Shown piece by piece: positions 7,224 through 15,745 of a stretch of 32,000 bases of DNA. The stretch is from an uncultured Bacilli bacterium (GTDB taxonomy: Bacteria; Bacillota_I; Bacilli_A; RF39; UBA660), in assembly GCA_910577505.1 (NCBI GenBank), contig CAJTLN010000001.1, forward strand, positions 584,950-616,949, given 5' to 3'. Below the pieces are notes generated by a model, which was not told the DNA's origin, ran no database searches, and saw only the letters and a list, made by a program, of their open reading frames with translations. The translations under genes were made by a program, and so were the position numbers. Positions within the stretch are counted from its first letter, which is position 1; every line of letters begins with the position of its first letter.

Positions 7224-9258
7224 GTATATTTTAAAAGATCTTGATTGCGCTAATTGTGCCCGTGAAATAGAAGAATACTTAGAAAAAGACAAGAATCTAA
7301 AAAATGTTATTGTTAATTATTCTAAATTAAGTTTATCTTTTGAAACTGACCTTAAAGATGTAAAAAAATATGCTTCAAAAAAAGTTAATGAAGTAGAGCC
7401 AGAAGTAACTTTACTAGAACCAGAAGAAGAAAATGACTCAAAGAAAGAAATTATTATCGATTCAATTAAATTAGTAGTTGGTATAGTCCTAACATTAATT
7501 GGTACATTATGCGACTTTGGTATTATTAACAAAATCATCGTTATTCTAGCCTATATAATATTACTTTATGAAATATTCATTAAAGCAATAAAATTATTAT
7601 TTAAATCATTTACAATTAACGAGAATCTTCTAATAACTATATCTTGTATAGGAGCTTATTTCACAGGCAATATAGCTGAAGGTCTAATGGTTATTATTTT
7701 ATATCAAATAGGAGAAATTCTAGAACACTTAGCTGTTAGTAACTCACGTAAATCTATTGCCAATCTTATGGATATTAAACCAGTATATGCTAACTTAGTA
7801 TTGGAAAATGAAATAAGAAGTGTAAATCCAACAGAAGTAAAAATTGGTGATACAATCATTATCCGTAAAGGAGAAAGAATTCCTTTAGATGGTATCATTA
7901 AAAAAGGCGAAACATCACTAGATACAAGCGCCTTAAATGGTGAATCAAAACCTAAATATGTAAAAATTAAAGATGAAGTTTTATCTGGTAGTATAAACTT
8001 AGATGACATAATAGAAGTAATAGTAACTACTAAATATGAAGATAGTACTGTTTCACGTATACTTGACTTAGTAGAAAATGCAACAGATCGTAAAGCTAAA
8101 ACGGAAAACTTTGTTTCTCATGCTGCTAAAATATATACTCCAATAGTTATCGTTTTAGCAATCATAGTAGTGATAACTTTTCCAACTCTTTTAGATATTT
8201 CATTTAAAGAAGCAGTATATCGTGCCTTATCATTTTTAGTTATATCTTGTCCTTGTGCCATAGCTATATCAGTTCCATTAAGTTACTTCTCAGGTATTGG
8301 AGCTGCTTCTAAAAATGGCATTCTAATAAAAGGTAGTGATTATCTTGATGGTCTAAAAGATATAAATAAAATAATATTCGATAAAACAGGCACTATTACA
8401 ACAGGTAAATTCGATAATATTAATCTTGTTATCTTAAATGATTCTTATAAAGAAAAAGACATAATAAACTACTATCTAAAAGGAGAATCATTCTCAACTC
8501 ATCCACTAGCATCATCTATCCAAGATAAATTTAATAAAAAAGTAAAAACAGATGATGTTAAAAACTTTAAAGAACTATCAGGCAAAGGCTTATCTTATGA
8601 AATAGATAACAAAAAAATCTTAATAGGTAGTGCATCTCTAGTAAAATATCAGTGCAAAGATAATTCAATATATCTTAAAGTAGATAATGATATCATAGCT
8701 AAATTAGAACTATCTGATTCCATAAAACCAGGTATCAAAGAAACAATAAATAAACTAAATAAAATGAATATCGAAACTATGATGTTTACTGGTGATGAAA
8801 AGAGTATTGCTACTTCTATTGCTAAAGAGACTAATATTAAAAAAGTAAAATATGAATTACTTCCAGAAGACAAATATAATTTATTAGAACGAGAAATCAA
8901 AACAAATCCAAATAAAACAGCTTTTATCGGAGACGGAATAAATGATGCTCCATCTCTTGCTCGTGCGGATATCGGTATAAGTATGGGTAGTGTAGGTAGT
9001 GCATCTGCAATAGAAGCATCAGATGTTGTCATAATAAATGATGATATAAATAAAATAATTGATGCTATAAATATCTCTAAAAAGACAGATAAAATAATTA
9101 AAGAAAACTTATTATTTGCTATTGGGGTAAAAATACTAGTTTTAACTCTAACAGCAATAGGAATCTCTTCTATGTGGCAAGCAGTATTTGCTGATACAGG
9201 AGTAACATTACTTACTATCATAAATACAACACGCATTTTAAAATATAAGAAAAGATAA
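7201..9258 (+). CDS. heavy-metal translocating P1B-type ATPase (Zn/Cd/Co-like)
   Basis: N-terminal HMA CxxC (CANC), membrane CPC motif (SCPCAIAIS), DKTGTIT phosphorylation site and GDGINDAP hinge. No in-frame ATG precedes the CxxC, so the start is TTG at 7201 or, better placed after GGGAG, TTG at 7210. It overlaps the repressor gene. Confidence 0.9.
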   Translation: MNTLTKYKYILKDLDCANCAREIEEYLEKDKNLKNVIVNYSKLSLSFETDLKDVKKYASKKVNEVEPEVTLLEPEEENDSKKEIIIDSIKLVVGIVLTLIGTLCDFGIINKIIVILAYIILLYEIFIKAIKLLFKSFTINENLLITISCIGAYFTGNIAEGLMVIILYQIGEILEHLAVSNSRKSIANLMDIKPVYANLVLENEIRSVNPTEVKIGDTIIIRKGERIPLDGIIKKGETSLDTSALNGESKPKYVKIKDEVLSGSINLDDIIEVIVTTKYEDSTVSRILDLVENATDRKAKTENFVSHAAKIYTPIVIVLAIIVVITFPTLLDISFKEAVYRALSFLVISCPCAIAISVPLSYFSGIGAASKNGILIKGSDYLDGLKDINKIIFDKTGTITTGKFDNINLVILNDSYKEKDIINYYLKGESFSTHPLASSIQDKFNKKVKTDDVKNFKELSGKGLSYEIDNKKILIGSASLVKYQCKDNSIYLKVDNDIIAKLELSDSIKPGIKETINKLNKMNIETMMFTGDEKSIATSIAKETNIKKVKYELLPEDKYNLLEREIKTNPNKTAFIGDGINDAPSLARADIGISMGSVGSASAIEASDVVIINDDINKIIDAINISKKTDKIIKENLLFAIGVKILVLTLTAIGISSMWQAVFADTGVTLLTIINTTRILKYKKR

Positions 9259-9275
9259 AATCTTTTCTTTTTTTG
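9248..9275 (+). terminator. intrinsic terminator of the metal operon
   Basis: agaaaaga (9248-9255) / tcttttct (9261-9268) stem, then a T-run. Confidence 0.7.
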
Positions 9276-9303
9276 TATACTTATAAATTAAAAGTGCTAT
9301 AAT
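9273..9303 (+). promoter_or_regulatory. promoter of the retron transcript
   Basis: TTGTAT at 9273-9278, extended -10 TGcTATAAT at 9295-9303 (19-nt spacer). This puts the transcript start about where the a1 repeat begins. Confidence 0.5.
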
Positions 9304-9310
9304 ACAACCA

Positions 9311-9480
9311 AGAGCAATAGTGATTGGAATTATTTTATAATTCTAACTTTGACGAGTCGCCAAAGATCAATGTTACCATAAATATAAATCGTAATATTCC
9401 AAGGGACTATTCTACAACTTCGTGTAGATGCGCTTCGCTCCAGTCCATTTCCATATTACAATATCTTAAGTATTGCTCAT
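9311..9480 (+). ncRNA. retron msr/msd non-coding RNA (approximate ends)
   Basis: The gap upstream of the RT gene (about 220 nt after the metal-operon terminator) has no listed ORF. a1 gagcaata (9312-9319) is exactly complementary to a2 tattgctc (9471-9478), with 2 more pairs after one mismatch. G residues at 9320 and 9322 sit right after a1, where a branching G would be. msr-like hairpin gaattat/ataattc at 9327-9343. Long imperfect msd-like hairpin 9391-9408 / 9442-9459 (14 of 18 pairs) with inner stem ctaca/tgtag (9412-9416 / 9423-9427). a2 ends just before the RT RBS. Confidence 0.65.
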
Positions 9481-9495
9481 GAAGGGAGATAGTAT

Positions 9496-10446
9496 ATGTT
9501 ACCAATTACAAAAGAACAAAGTAATGAATTTTTACTATCTCTAAATTTAATTGATAAAGACATTCCAGATTCTAAAAAAATCAAAATTCTTTATGCCATA
9601 AGTAATAGAATAGAATCCAACTATAATGTCTATAAAATAAAAAAACATAATGGCTCATATAGAACAATCTATGCTCCAAAACCATTATTAAAAAGTATTC
9701 AAAGAAAAATACTAAAAAATATCTTAAATAACAAAGAAATATCTAAGTATGCTAAGGCTTACCATAAAGGGATAAGTTTAAAAGATAATGCTTATCCACA
9801 CCTTAATAAAAAAATAATTTTAAAACTTGATATTGTTGATTTCTTTGAAAATATTAACTTTTATGAAGTTTACCAAAATTGCTTTAGCACACCATATTTT
9901 CCTGAATCGATTGGTCATCTTCTTACATATTTATGTACTTATGAATCACGTCTTCCTCAAGGAGCTCCAACATCATCGTATATATCAAACTTAGTAATGA
10001 AAGAATTTGATGAGGAAATAGGAGATTATTGCAATCAAAGAGATATCTCATATACAAGATATTCAGATGATATGACATTTTCAGGTGACTTTAATCCTAG
10101 TGAAATAATTACCAAAGTTCGTAAAATGTTATACAAATTAAATCTAAAAATAAATAATAAAAAGATTCATATAATAAATAATTCTCAACAACAAAATGTT
10201 ACAGGAATTATTGTAAATAAAAAAATTCAAACATCATCAAGATATCGCAATAAAATTCGTCAAGAAATTTATTATATAAATAAATTTGGTTTAAAAGAAC
10301 ATCTATCTAAAACAAATTACAAAGATAAGCCAACTAAATATCTAGATTCTCTTTATGGAAAAATACTATACATCTTAAGTATTGATTCTACTAATAAAGA
10401 ATTCATTAAGTATAAAGAATTAGTTAACCATTTAAAAAATAACTAA
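9496..10446 (+). CDS. retron-type reverse transcriptase (316 aa)
   Basis: AAGGGAG RBS. RT motifs: AYHKGISLKDNAYPH...LKLDIVDFFENI (domains 1-2), LPQGAPTSSYISN (domain 4), YTRYSDDMTFS (catalytic YSDD, nt 10060-10071), and the retron-diagnostic VTG in NVTGIIVNKK (nt 10198-10206). Size is typical of retron RTs. No maturase or endonuclease extension. Confidence 0.85.
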   Translation: MLPITKEQSNEFLLSLNLIDKDIPDSKKIKILYAISNRIESNYNVYKIKKHNGSYRTIYAPKPLLKSIQRKILKNILNNKEISKYAKAYHKGISLKDNAYPHLNKKIILKLDIVDFFENINFYEVYQNCFSTPYFPESIGHLLTYLCTYESRLPQGAPTSSYISNLVMKEFDEEIGDYCNQRDISYTRYSDDMTFSGDFNPSEIITKVRKMLYKLNLKINNKKIHIINNSQQQNVTGIIVNKKIQTSSRYRNKIRQEIYYINKFGLKEHLSKTNYKDKPTKYLDSLYGKILYILSIDSTNKEFIKYKELVNHLKNN

Positions 10447-10470
10447 TTCTTTTCTTTTTATAAGGAAAAT

Positions 10471-10499
10471 TTGCCAAATCTTAATATTTCAATTATAAT
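10471..10499 (+). promoter_or_regulatory. possible internal promoter ahead of the kinase-like gene
   Basis: TTGCCA at 10471-10476, 17-nt spacer, TATAAT at 10494-10499, in the 79-nt gap after the RT gene. I saw no terminator in that gap. Confidence 0.4.
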
Positions 10500-10525
10500 T
10501 TATTAATAATTAAGGGGAGATTTAT

Positions 10526-11422
10526 ATGAAAGTAACTACAATTTCTAAAAGAAAATTTAGAGAATTACAACCACTACAATTAGGTCAAGAAATATGTAAT
10601 TCAGAAAGTAAAATACTTGATTTTAGAATAAGAGGAGAGCATAAAATTTTAAAAGTTCTTAATGAACAAGATGGAGAATATTATGCCACAAAACTATATA
10701 CTGTAGAAATGTTAGATACTTATAAAGAATACCTACCTAAAAGTTTATACATCCCGGATACTTTAGCAGTTGTTGGTAATGATACAGTTGGGTTTACAGT
10801 TCCTTTTTTAGAAGGAACAAACTTATCCACTATATTAAAATCTACTAAAGTTGATTTTAAAGAACATATCTATTATTTAAGAAAAATAGGTCAATTATTA
10901 GAACAATTAAGAAACGTAAGAAAATATACACCATTAAAAGACTTTTATTTAAACGATATTCATGAATCAAACTTTATTGTTAATCCAAATAACAGAGATA
11001 TAGGAGCAATAGATCTTGATAGTTCTAAAATTGGAAGCAATGGTGTATATCCTTCTAGATATGCTTCACCATGTTCCTTAGTAAAACATGTTCCATCAAA
11101 ATATCATGTTAATGAAAGCGGTAAGTGTGGAGGATTTATATTACCAGATGATAATTCTGAAATATACTGTTATGTCATGACTATTTTAAATTATCTTTTT
11201 GGTGGAAACATATTTCGTTTAAATTTAGAAGAATTTTATATTTATTTAAATTATTTAGACTTAATTGGAATTGATAAAGAATTAATAACTATAATAGAAA
11301 AAATAGTAACAACAGGACCTAACGTTAATCCAGAACCATATTTAGAAACTTTAACATTAGAACAAGTAAGTAGATCACGAGAAAATGTTTATAAACTAGC
11401 AAAAACAAAATTAATGAAATAA
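10526..11422 (+). CDS. protein-kinase-like fold protein, putative retron effector (298 aa)
   Basis: AAGGGGA RBS. Catalytic-loop-like LNDIHESNF has D144 and N149 with the D-x4-N spacing of HRDLKPEN. IDLD (D163) lies 19 residues later, like the DFG Asp. HKILKVL is a candidate beta3 Lys. Same strand as, and immediately 3' of, the retron RT. Shares the downstream terminator. Confidence 0.55.
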   Translation: MKVTTISKRKFRELQPLQLGQEICNSESKILDFRIRGEHKILKVLNEQDGEYYATKLYTVEMLDTYKEYLPKSLYIPDTLAVVGNDTVGFTVPFLEGTNLSTILKSTKVDFKEHIYYLRKIGQLLEQLRNVRKYTPLKDFYLNDIHESNFIVNPNNRDIGAIDLDSSKIGSNGVYPSRYASPCSLVKHVPSKYHVNESGKCGGFILPDDNSEIYCYVMTILNYLFGGNIFRLNLEEFYIYLNYLDLIGIDKELITIIEKIVTTGPNVNPEPYLETLTLEQVSRSRENVYKLAKTKLMK

Positions 11423-11423
11423 A

Positions 11424-11460
11424 AAAGACTATTATAAAGCATATCACTATAATAGTCTTT
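11424..11460. terminator. bidirectional intrinsic terminator
   Basis: Perfect 13-bp stem aaagactattata (11424-11436) / tataatagtcttt (11448-11460), flanked by an A-run and a T-run. It serves the convergent genes on both sides. Confidence 0.85.
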
Positions 11461-11721
11461 TTATTTTGTAAAAGCAGCTCTTTTACTTTGAACTTCTATA
11501 TATTCGAATTTATATTTTTGCTCTACTTCGGGATACTTTTCATGATTAACTTCTTCTAAAAAATCATTTTTTTCTCTTATATATAAAGCGCCGTCGCCAT
11601 AAAGCTTACGATATATAACATAAGGAGTAACACCATCATCACTGCTAATTGCAATATCTTCGACCAAATAGTGATCTCCTTTAAAGTGTCTATAAATACC
11701 TTTAATAACTAATTCTCTCAT
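11461..11721 (-). CDS. DUF1653-family small protein
   Basis: YRHFKGDHYLVEDIA...YVIYRKLYGDGALYIRE matches my memory of the DUF1653 signature. GGGAGG RBS on the minus strand. Confidence 0.6.
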   Translation of the reverse strand: MRELVIKGIYRHFKGDHYLVEDIAISSDDGVTPYVIYRKLYGDGALYIREKNDFLEEVNHEKYPEVEQKYKFEYIEVQSKRAAFTK

Positions 11722-11813
11722 TTATATACCTCCCAAAATATTATAACACGTATAATACAAAATAAGTTGAAACAATGTTATAATAATATATATAATAAAA
11801 AAGAGATGATAAA

Positions 11814-12989
11814 ATGAAAAAAAAGACAAAAATAATAATAATTACTTTAATATTAATACTTATAATAATTTCATATGGCATATATCTTAATTCTAAAAAA
11901 TTAATTCTAGAATATACAGATAATTTAGAAGTGCTTCTTAATCAAGAAGTATACAATTTGGATAATATAAAAGAAATAAAAAACGGTAAAATTATAACTG
12001 AAAAGGAACAAATAGATACAACAAAAATATCCAAAAAAGAAATAACTATCAAAGTAGAAAATTTTTTCAAAAAAATAAAAGAATATAAATATACAATCAC
12101 TATAGTTGATAAAGAATCACCAGTAATTACTTTTAAAAAAGAATTAGAAATTGAAAAAGGTGAAGAAATTAATCTATTAAAAGATGTCAAAGTTGAAGAT
12201 AATTCAAAAGAAGAGATAAAAGCTTTTATAGAAGGTGAATACGATATAAATAAGCCAGATAACTATAAACTATATTATATTGCTGAAGATAGTAGTGGTA
12301 ATAAAACAAAAGAAGAATTTATCTTACATGTTAAAGAAAAAAAGATTGAAGAGCCAATAAATCATCCTAAAAATAATTCTAATCTAAATAGTAACAATAC
12401 TAATTCTAATAATAATCAATCAAGCGATAAAACCTTTACAACTAAAAAAGGCTTTAAAGGAGTTACAAAAAATGGTATTACTTATATTGATGGGTATATG
12501 ATTGTTAATAAAACATATTCTTTGCCATCAACTTATGAAACATCACTTACTAAAGAAACAACTAATAATTTTAATAAAATGAAAAGTGCTGCTACTTTAG
12601 AAGGATTAAATATATATATTTCCAGTGGTTTTAGATCATATGATACCCAAAAAAGATTATATAATAATTATGTAAAAAGAGATGGAGTAGAAGCCGCCGA
12701 TACATATTCGGCAAGAGCGGGACATTCAGAACACCAATCTGGCTTAGCTTTTGATGTAAATACCATAAACGATACATTTGCAAGTACACCAGAAGCCAAA
12801 TGGTTAGCAAATAATTGCTATAAATATGGTTTTATTCTTCGTTATCCTCAAGGTAAAAGTAATGAAACAGGTTATAAATATGAATCATGGCATTTTAGAT
12901 ATGTTGGAGTAGAATTAGCTGAAAAATTATACAATAACGGAAATTGGATTACTATGGAAGATTATTTTGGTATAACTAGTATATATTAA
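11814..12989 (+). CDS. membrane-anchored D-alanyl-D-alanine carboxypeptidase, VanY/M15B family, with Ig-like (DUF5011-like) middle domain
   Basis: N-terminal TM (IIIITLILILIIISYGIYL). Ig-like segment (DKESPVITF...YYIAEDSSGNKTKEEFILHV). M15B metal and catalytic motifs SGFRSY, GHSEHQSGLAFDV and ESWHFRYVG. Confidence 0.85.
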   Translation: MKKKTKIIIITLILILIIISYGIYLNSKKLILEYTDNLEVLLNQEVYNLDNIKEIKNGKIITEKEQIDTTKISKKEITIKVENFFKKIKEYKYTITIVDKESPVITFKKELEIEKGEEINLLKDVKVEDNSKEEIKAFIEGEYDINKPDNYKLYYIAEDSSGNKTKEEFILHVKEKKIEEPINHPKNNSNLNSNNTNSNNNQSSDKTFTTKKGFKGVTKNGITYIDGYMIVNKTYSLPSTYETSLTKETTNNFNKMKSAATLEGLNIYISSGFRSYDTQKRLYNNYVKRDGVEAADTYSARAGHSEHQSGLAFDVNTINDTFASTPEAKWLANNCYKYGFILRYPQGKSNETGYKYESWHFRYVGVELAEKLYNNGNWITMEDYFGITSIY

Positions 12990-13073
12990 AGAGTAGATTA
13001 TTATAGTCTATTCTTTTTTATTTAAATTTAATAATATTTATGCTATAGTATAAAACAATTTGGAAGTGATTTT

Positions 13074-14231
13074 ATGTCTAAAAAAATAATAATTTTATAT
13101 GCTATATACCAAGAATATGGACTATCGACGTTCCTAAAAAGAATAAAGAAAATTTATAATATAGATATTCCTTTCTCTGTTAACGTAACAATTATGTTTC
13201 TTCCAGAAAGCATTATTATCCAAGAAGATGATATAAAATATACTCTAGAATTTAAAGAAGAATATTATCAATTTATTAAAGATTTTTCTACATACAAAAC
13301 AATAAAAAGTTATGATAATAATCATAATCTTTTCAGACGCTCTTATTTATTTAAAACAAGCGATAATCGCATTTTAGCTTTAGATGAGATTGATGATATA
13401 AATATGAAATCAAAACGTATTATAAAAACAAGTCCAGATGATGAATTACTTCAAAATGGAGAATTTGAAAGAGAATTACTTAATTTAGTCAGATTTCCTG
13501 CAGTTGAAAATTATAATTTTACTAATACTATTGGATTTGTTCACATTAATAAAACGATTAATATGCCAAAATGTTTATATTATTACTCATATAATAGTAA
13601 AACTATGATTCCAGATTCAGAAAGCTTATTTAATATCTTGGAAGTCAGTTGTAGTACAAATACTCCAAAACTAGACTTTAGTGGTCGAGAAAGAGCAAAA
13701 AGTGAGTTATTAAGAAGTTCTATTGCTAATAAAATGCCAAATATTATATTAAGAGGAACTTTATTAAGTAGAAATAAGTCCTTAAAATGTTTTTATAAAA
13801 TAACCATTTTAAAAACAGATAAAGGTATAACAATTCATTATTTATCAACAGATGCTCATGTCAATAATAAAAAAAATAAAGTAATAGTTGTACCTTCACT
13901 AAGTAAAGGAGAATTTACTAGTCAAGAAATAGACAATATAATTACAGCAATAAATAATAATTTAGTTATTGACTTTGATATTGACTTCAAACAGCCAAGT
14001 ATTCCAAATGCTATTTGCTTAGAATTAAAAGCAATACAGAATGCTATACTAGTTAATAAAAACCAAAAAATAAGAGATGTTGATATTCTTGATTATAAAC
14101 TGCATCAATTTGATGATATTAATCATCTAGCATTTGATATTTATGAAAATTTAAGTACTTACGAATCAATTATAAACAAGTTACTAAAAATAACTCCAAC
14201 TGCTCCAGAAGAAACTCTAAAGAAAAGCTAA
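13074..14231 (+). CDS. hypothetical protein (385 aa)
   Basis: Long ORF with GGAAGTGA RBS. No recognisable motif. Confidence 0.55.
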   Translation: MSKKIIILYAIYQEYGLSTFLKRIKKIYNIDIPFSVNVTIMFLPESIIIQEDDIKYTLEFKEEYYQFIKDFSTYKTIKSYDNNHNLFRRSYLFKTSDNRILALDEIDDINMKSKRIIKTSPDDELLQNGEFERELLNLVRFPAVENYNFTNTIGFVHINKTINMPKCLYYYSYNSKTMIPDSESLFNILEVSCSTNTPKLDFSGRERAKSELLRSSIANKMPNIILRGTLLSRNKSLKCFYKITILKTDKGITIHYLSTDAHVNNKKNKVIVVPSLSKGEFTSQEIDNIITAINNNLVIDFDIDFKQPSIPNAICLELKAIQNAILVNKNQKIRDVDILDYKLHQFDDINHLAFDIYENLSTYESIINKLLKITPTAPEETLKKS

Positions 14232-14299
14232 AAATAGGCAAAATTTGACAAAAAAGCCCCTTATAATGTAATATTCTTCACAAGAAGAGGGGTTTTTGT

Positions 14300-15268
14300 A
14301 TGATGACATATAAAGAAATTAATGAATTTCTTACGTCGTTTAAACCAGATTCATATAATAGAAGTCAAATAGGACATAATAAACAACTAGTTATTTCTAT
14401 ATATGAATATTTATATAAACTTAATATATCTAAAGAAAATATAAATATATTAATAAGCAATATAGCTTATTTAAATAAAGATAATTTAAATATACCATTA
14501 TTCTTAGAATTATTAAGTAAATCTATAGGTTTTATGAATTCATATGAACTTAAAGATGTTATAAATGTCGTAAAAGAAATACATGATTTATATTTTGAAA
14601 ATGCTGCAAGAATTTCACTTGAAGAGTATCTACATGATACTACAGATAACCGTGTTAGAAAATTATTCTTAAATCGTAATAATAAATACCTAGTAAAAGA
14701 CTTTACTAATAATAGTATAATAAACTATATATGTGACCTTAAATTAGCTGCAGCCATTGTATTAGATCAAAAAGATTATAAAGAATTTATTACATATATT
14801 GATAACTTTGAAAAAAACCAAGATAGTTATTCTCCATTAATAATATTCAAAACCTATAATCAAATTAGAAAACAATTAAAAGAAAAAACATTATTATTTT
14901 GGGACATTTTCTTTGCTAATGAATATGTAGTAGCATTTAATAAACATAGTATAGAAATAACAGATATATATAAAGAAAATATTTATAATAAAAAAGAAAG
15001 AAAATCATCAAATATAAGTGAACCTATTCAATTAGATTTATTCTCTAATGAGAATGAACTAGAAGAACCATCAAATGTTTTAGAAATTAAAGAAGATGTA
15101 AAAATCTTCCAATTATCTACTATTTATAATAGTAGAGATTTACCTAAGTTTGATAAAGAAAAAGATTTACTTATGTATTATAAAAAGTTATTAGATAATA
15201 AAGATTTAATGACTTTACCAAAATTAAAAAATCAATCTAATGGAGCATTCTTGTATGATATTAATTAA
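14300..15268 (+). CDS. hypothetical protein (322 aa)
   Basis: Long ORF with GAGGGG RBS (ATG at 14300 or 14303). No recognisable motif. Confidence 0.55.
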   Translation: MMTYKEINEFLTSFKPDSYNRSQIGHNKQLVISIYEYLYKLNISKENINILISNIAYLNKDNLNIPLFLELLSKSIGFMNSYELKDVINVVKEIHDLYFENAARISLEEYLHDTTDNRVRKLFLNRNNKYLVKDFTNNSIINYICDLKLAAAIVLDQKDYKEFITYIDNFEKNQDSYSPLIIFKTYNQIRKQLKEKTLLFWDIFFANEYVVAFNKHSIEITDIYKENIYNKKERKSSNISEPIQLDLFSNENELEEPSNVLEIKEDVKIFQLSTIYNSRDLPKFDKEKDLLMYYKKLLDNKDLMTLPKLKNQSNGAFLYDIN

Positions 15269-15325
15269 GAAGAGAAGGTATTCTTTTCTTTTTATTTGTG
15301 CTAAAATAATTATAGGAGTGATTAT

Positions 15326-15736
15326 ATGAACAAAGATATAATTGATAAACTAATAGAAGAAGCAAAAGAAATAGCTTCGAGAAACTTCTGTTGTTCGCAT
15401 TCAGGATATACAGTAGGTGCAGCTCTTCTTACTAATGAAGGAAAAATATATAAAGGATTTAACATCGAAAATGAGGGTATTCAATCTATCTGTGCTGAAC
15501 GTGTAGCTTTTTCAAAAGCTTTATCAGAAGGAAATCATAGATTCACTTGTATTGTTGTTGTAGGAAAAAAATTAAAAGATAATAAGTTTGTAAAAACTAC
15601 ACCATGCGGATATTGTCGCCAATTTATGAAAGAATATACTACAAAAGATTTTTTTATATATACTTATGATGATAATGAAAATAAAATATATAAATATACG
15701 ATGGAAGAACTACTTCCAGAAAGTTTTATATTATAG
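15326..15736 (+). CDS. cdd: cytidine deaminase
   Basis: AGGAGTG RBS. Zinc-ligand motifs CAERVAF and PCGYCRQFM. Size is typical of homotetrameric Cdd. Confidence 0.9.
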   Translation: MNKDIIDKLIEEAKEIASRNFCCSHSGYTVGAALLTNEGKIYKGFNIENEGIQSICAERVAFSKALSEGNHRFTCIVVVGKKLKDNKFVKTTPCGYCRQFMKEYTTKDFFIYTYDDNENKIYKYTMEELLPESFIL

Positions 15737-15745
15737 GAGGATATC

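Noticed and set aside
7317-9236. Three minus-strand ORFs (7317..7538, 7704..8009, 8649..9236) within the P-type ATPase gene
   Set aside because: The plus-strand frame carries all canonical P1B-ATPase motifs. The antisense ORFs are low-complexity shadows.
9496-10446. RT as a group II intron maturase, Abi-type RT or DRT-type RT
   Set aside because: The protein is only 316 aa, with no X/maturase or endonuclease domain and no intron domain V/VI-like RNA around it. It has the retron-specific VTG motif and an upstream ncRNA with terminal inverted repeats. The retron reading fits better.
11942-12190. Minus-strand ORF (82 aa) within the VanY-like gene; similar shadows at 17299..17484, 19022..19240, 19461..19643, 20135..20374, 21841..22050 and 31155..31352
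   Set aside because: All are antisense to well-supported coding frames. They have low-complexity translations and lack RBSs.
14245-14267. TTGACA ... TATAAT pair upstream of the 14300 ORF
   Set aside because: The spacer is only 11 nt, which is incompatible with a functional sigma-A promoter in that pairing.
5188-15268. Calling the retron/metal-resistance region a mobile element or prophage remnant
   Set aside because: I saw no integrase, transposase, recombinase, flanking direct repeats or phage structural genes. Accessory character is only an inference from the orphan genes.
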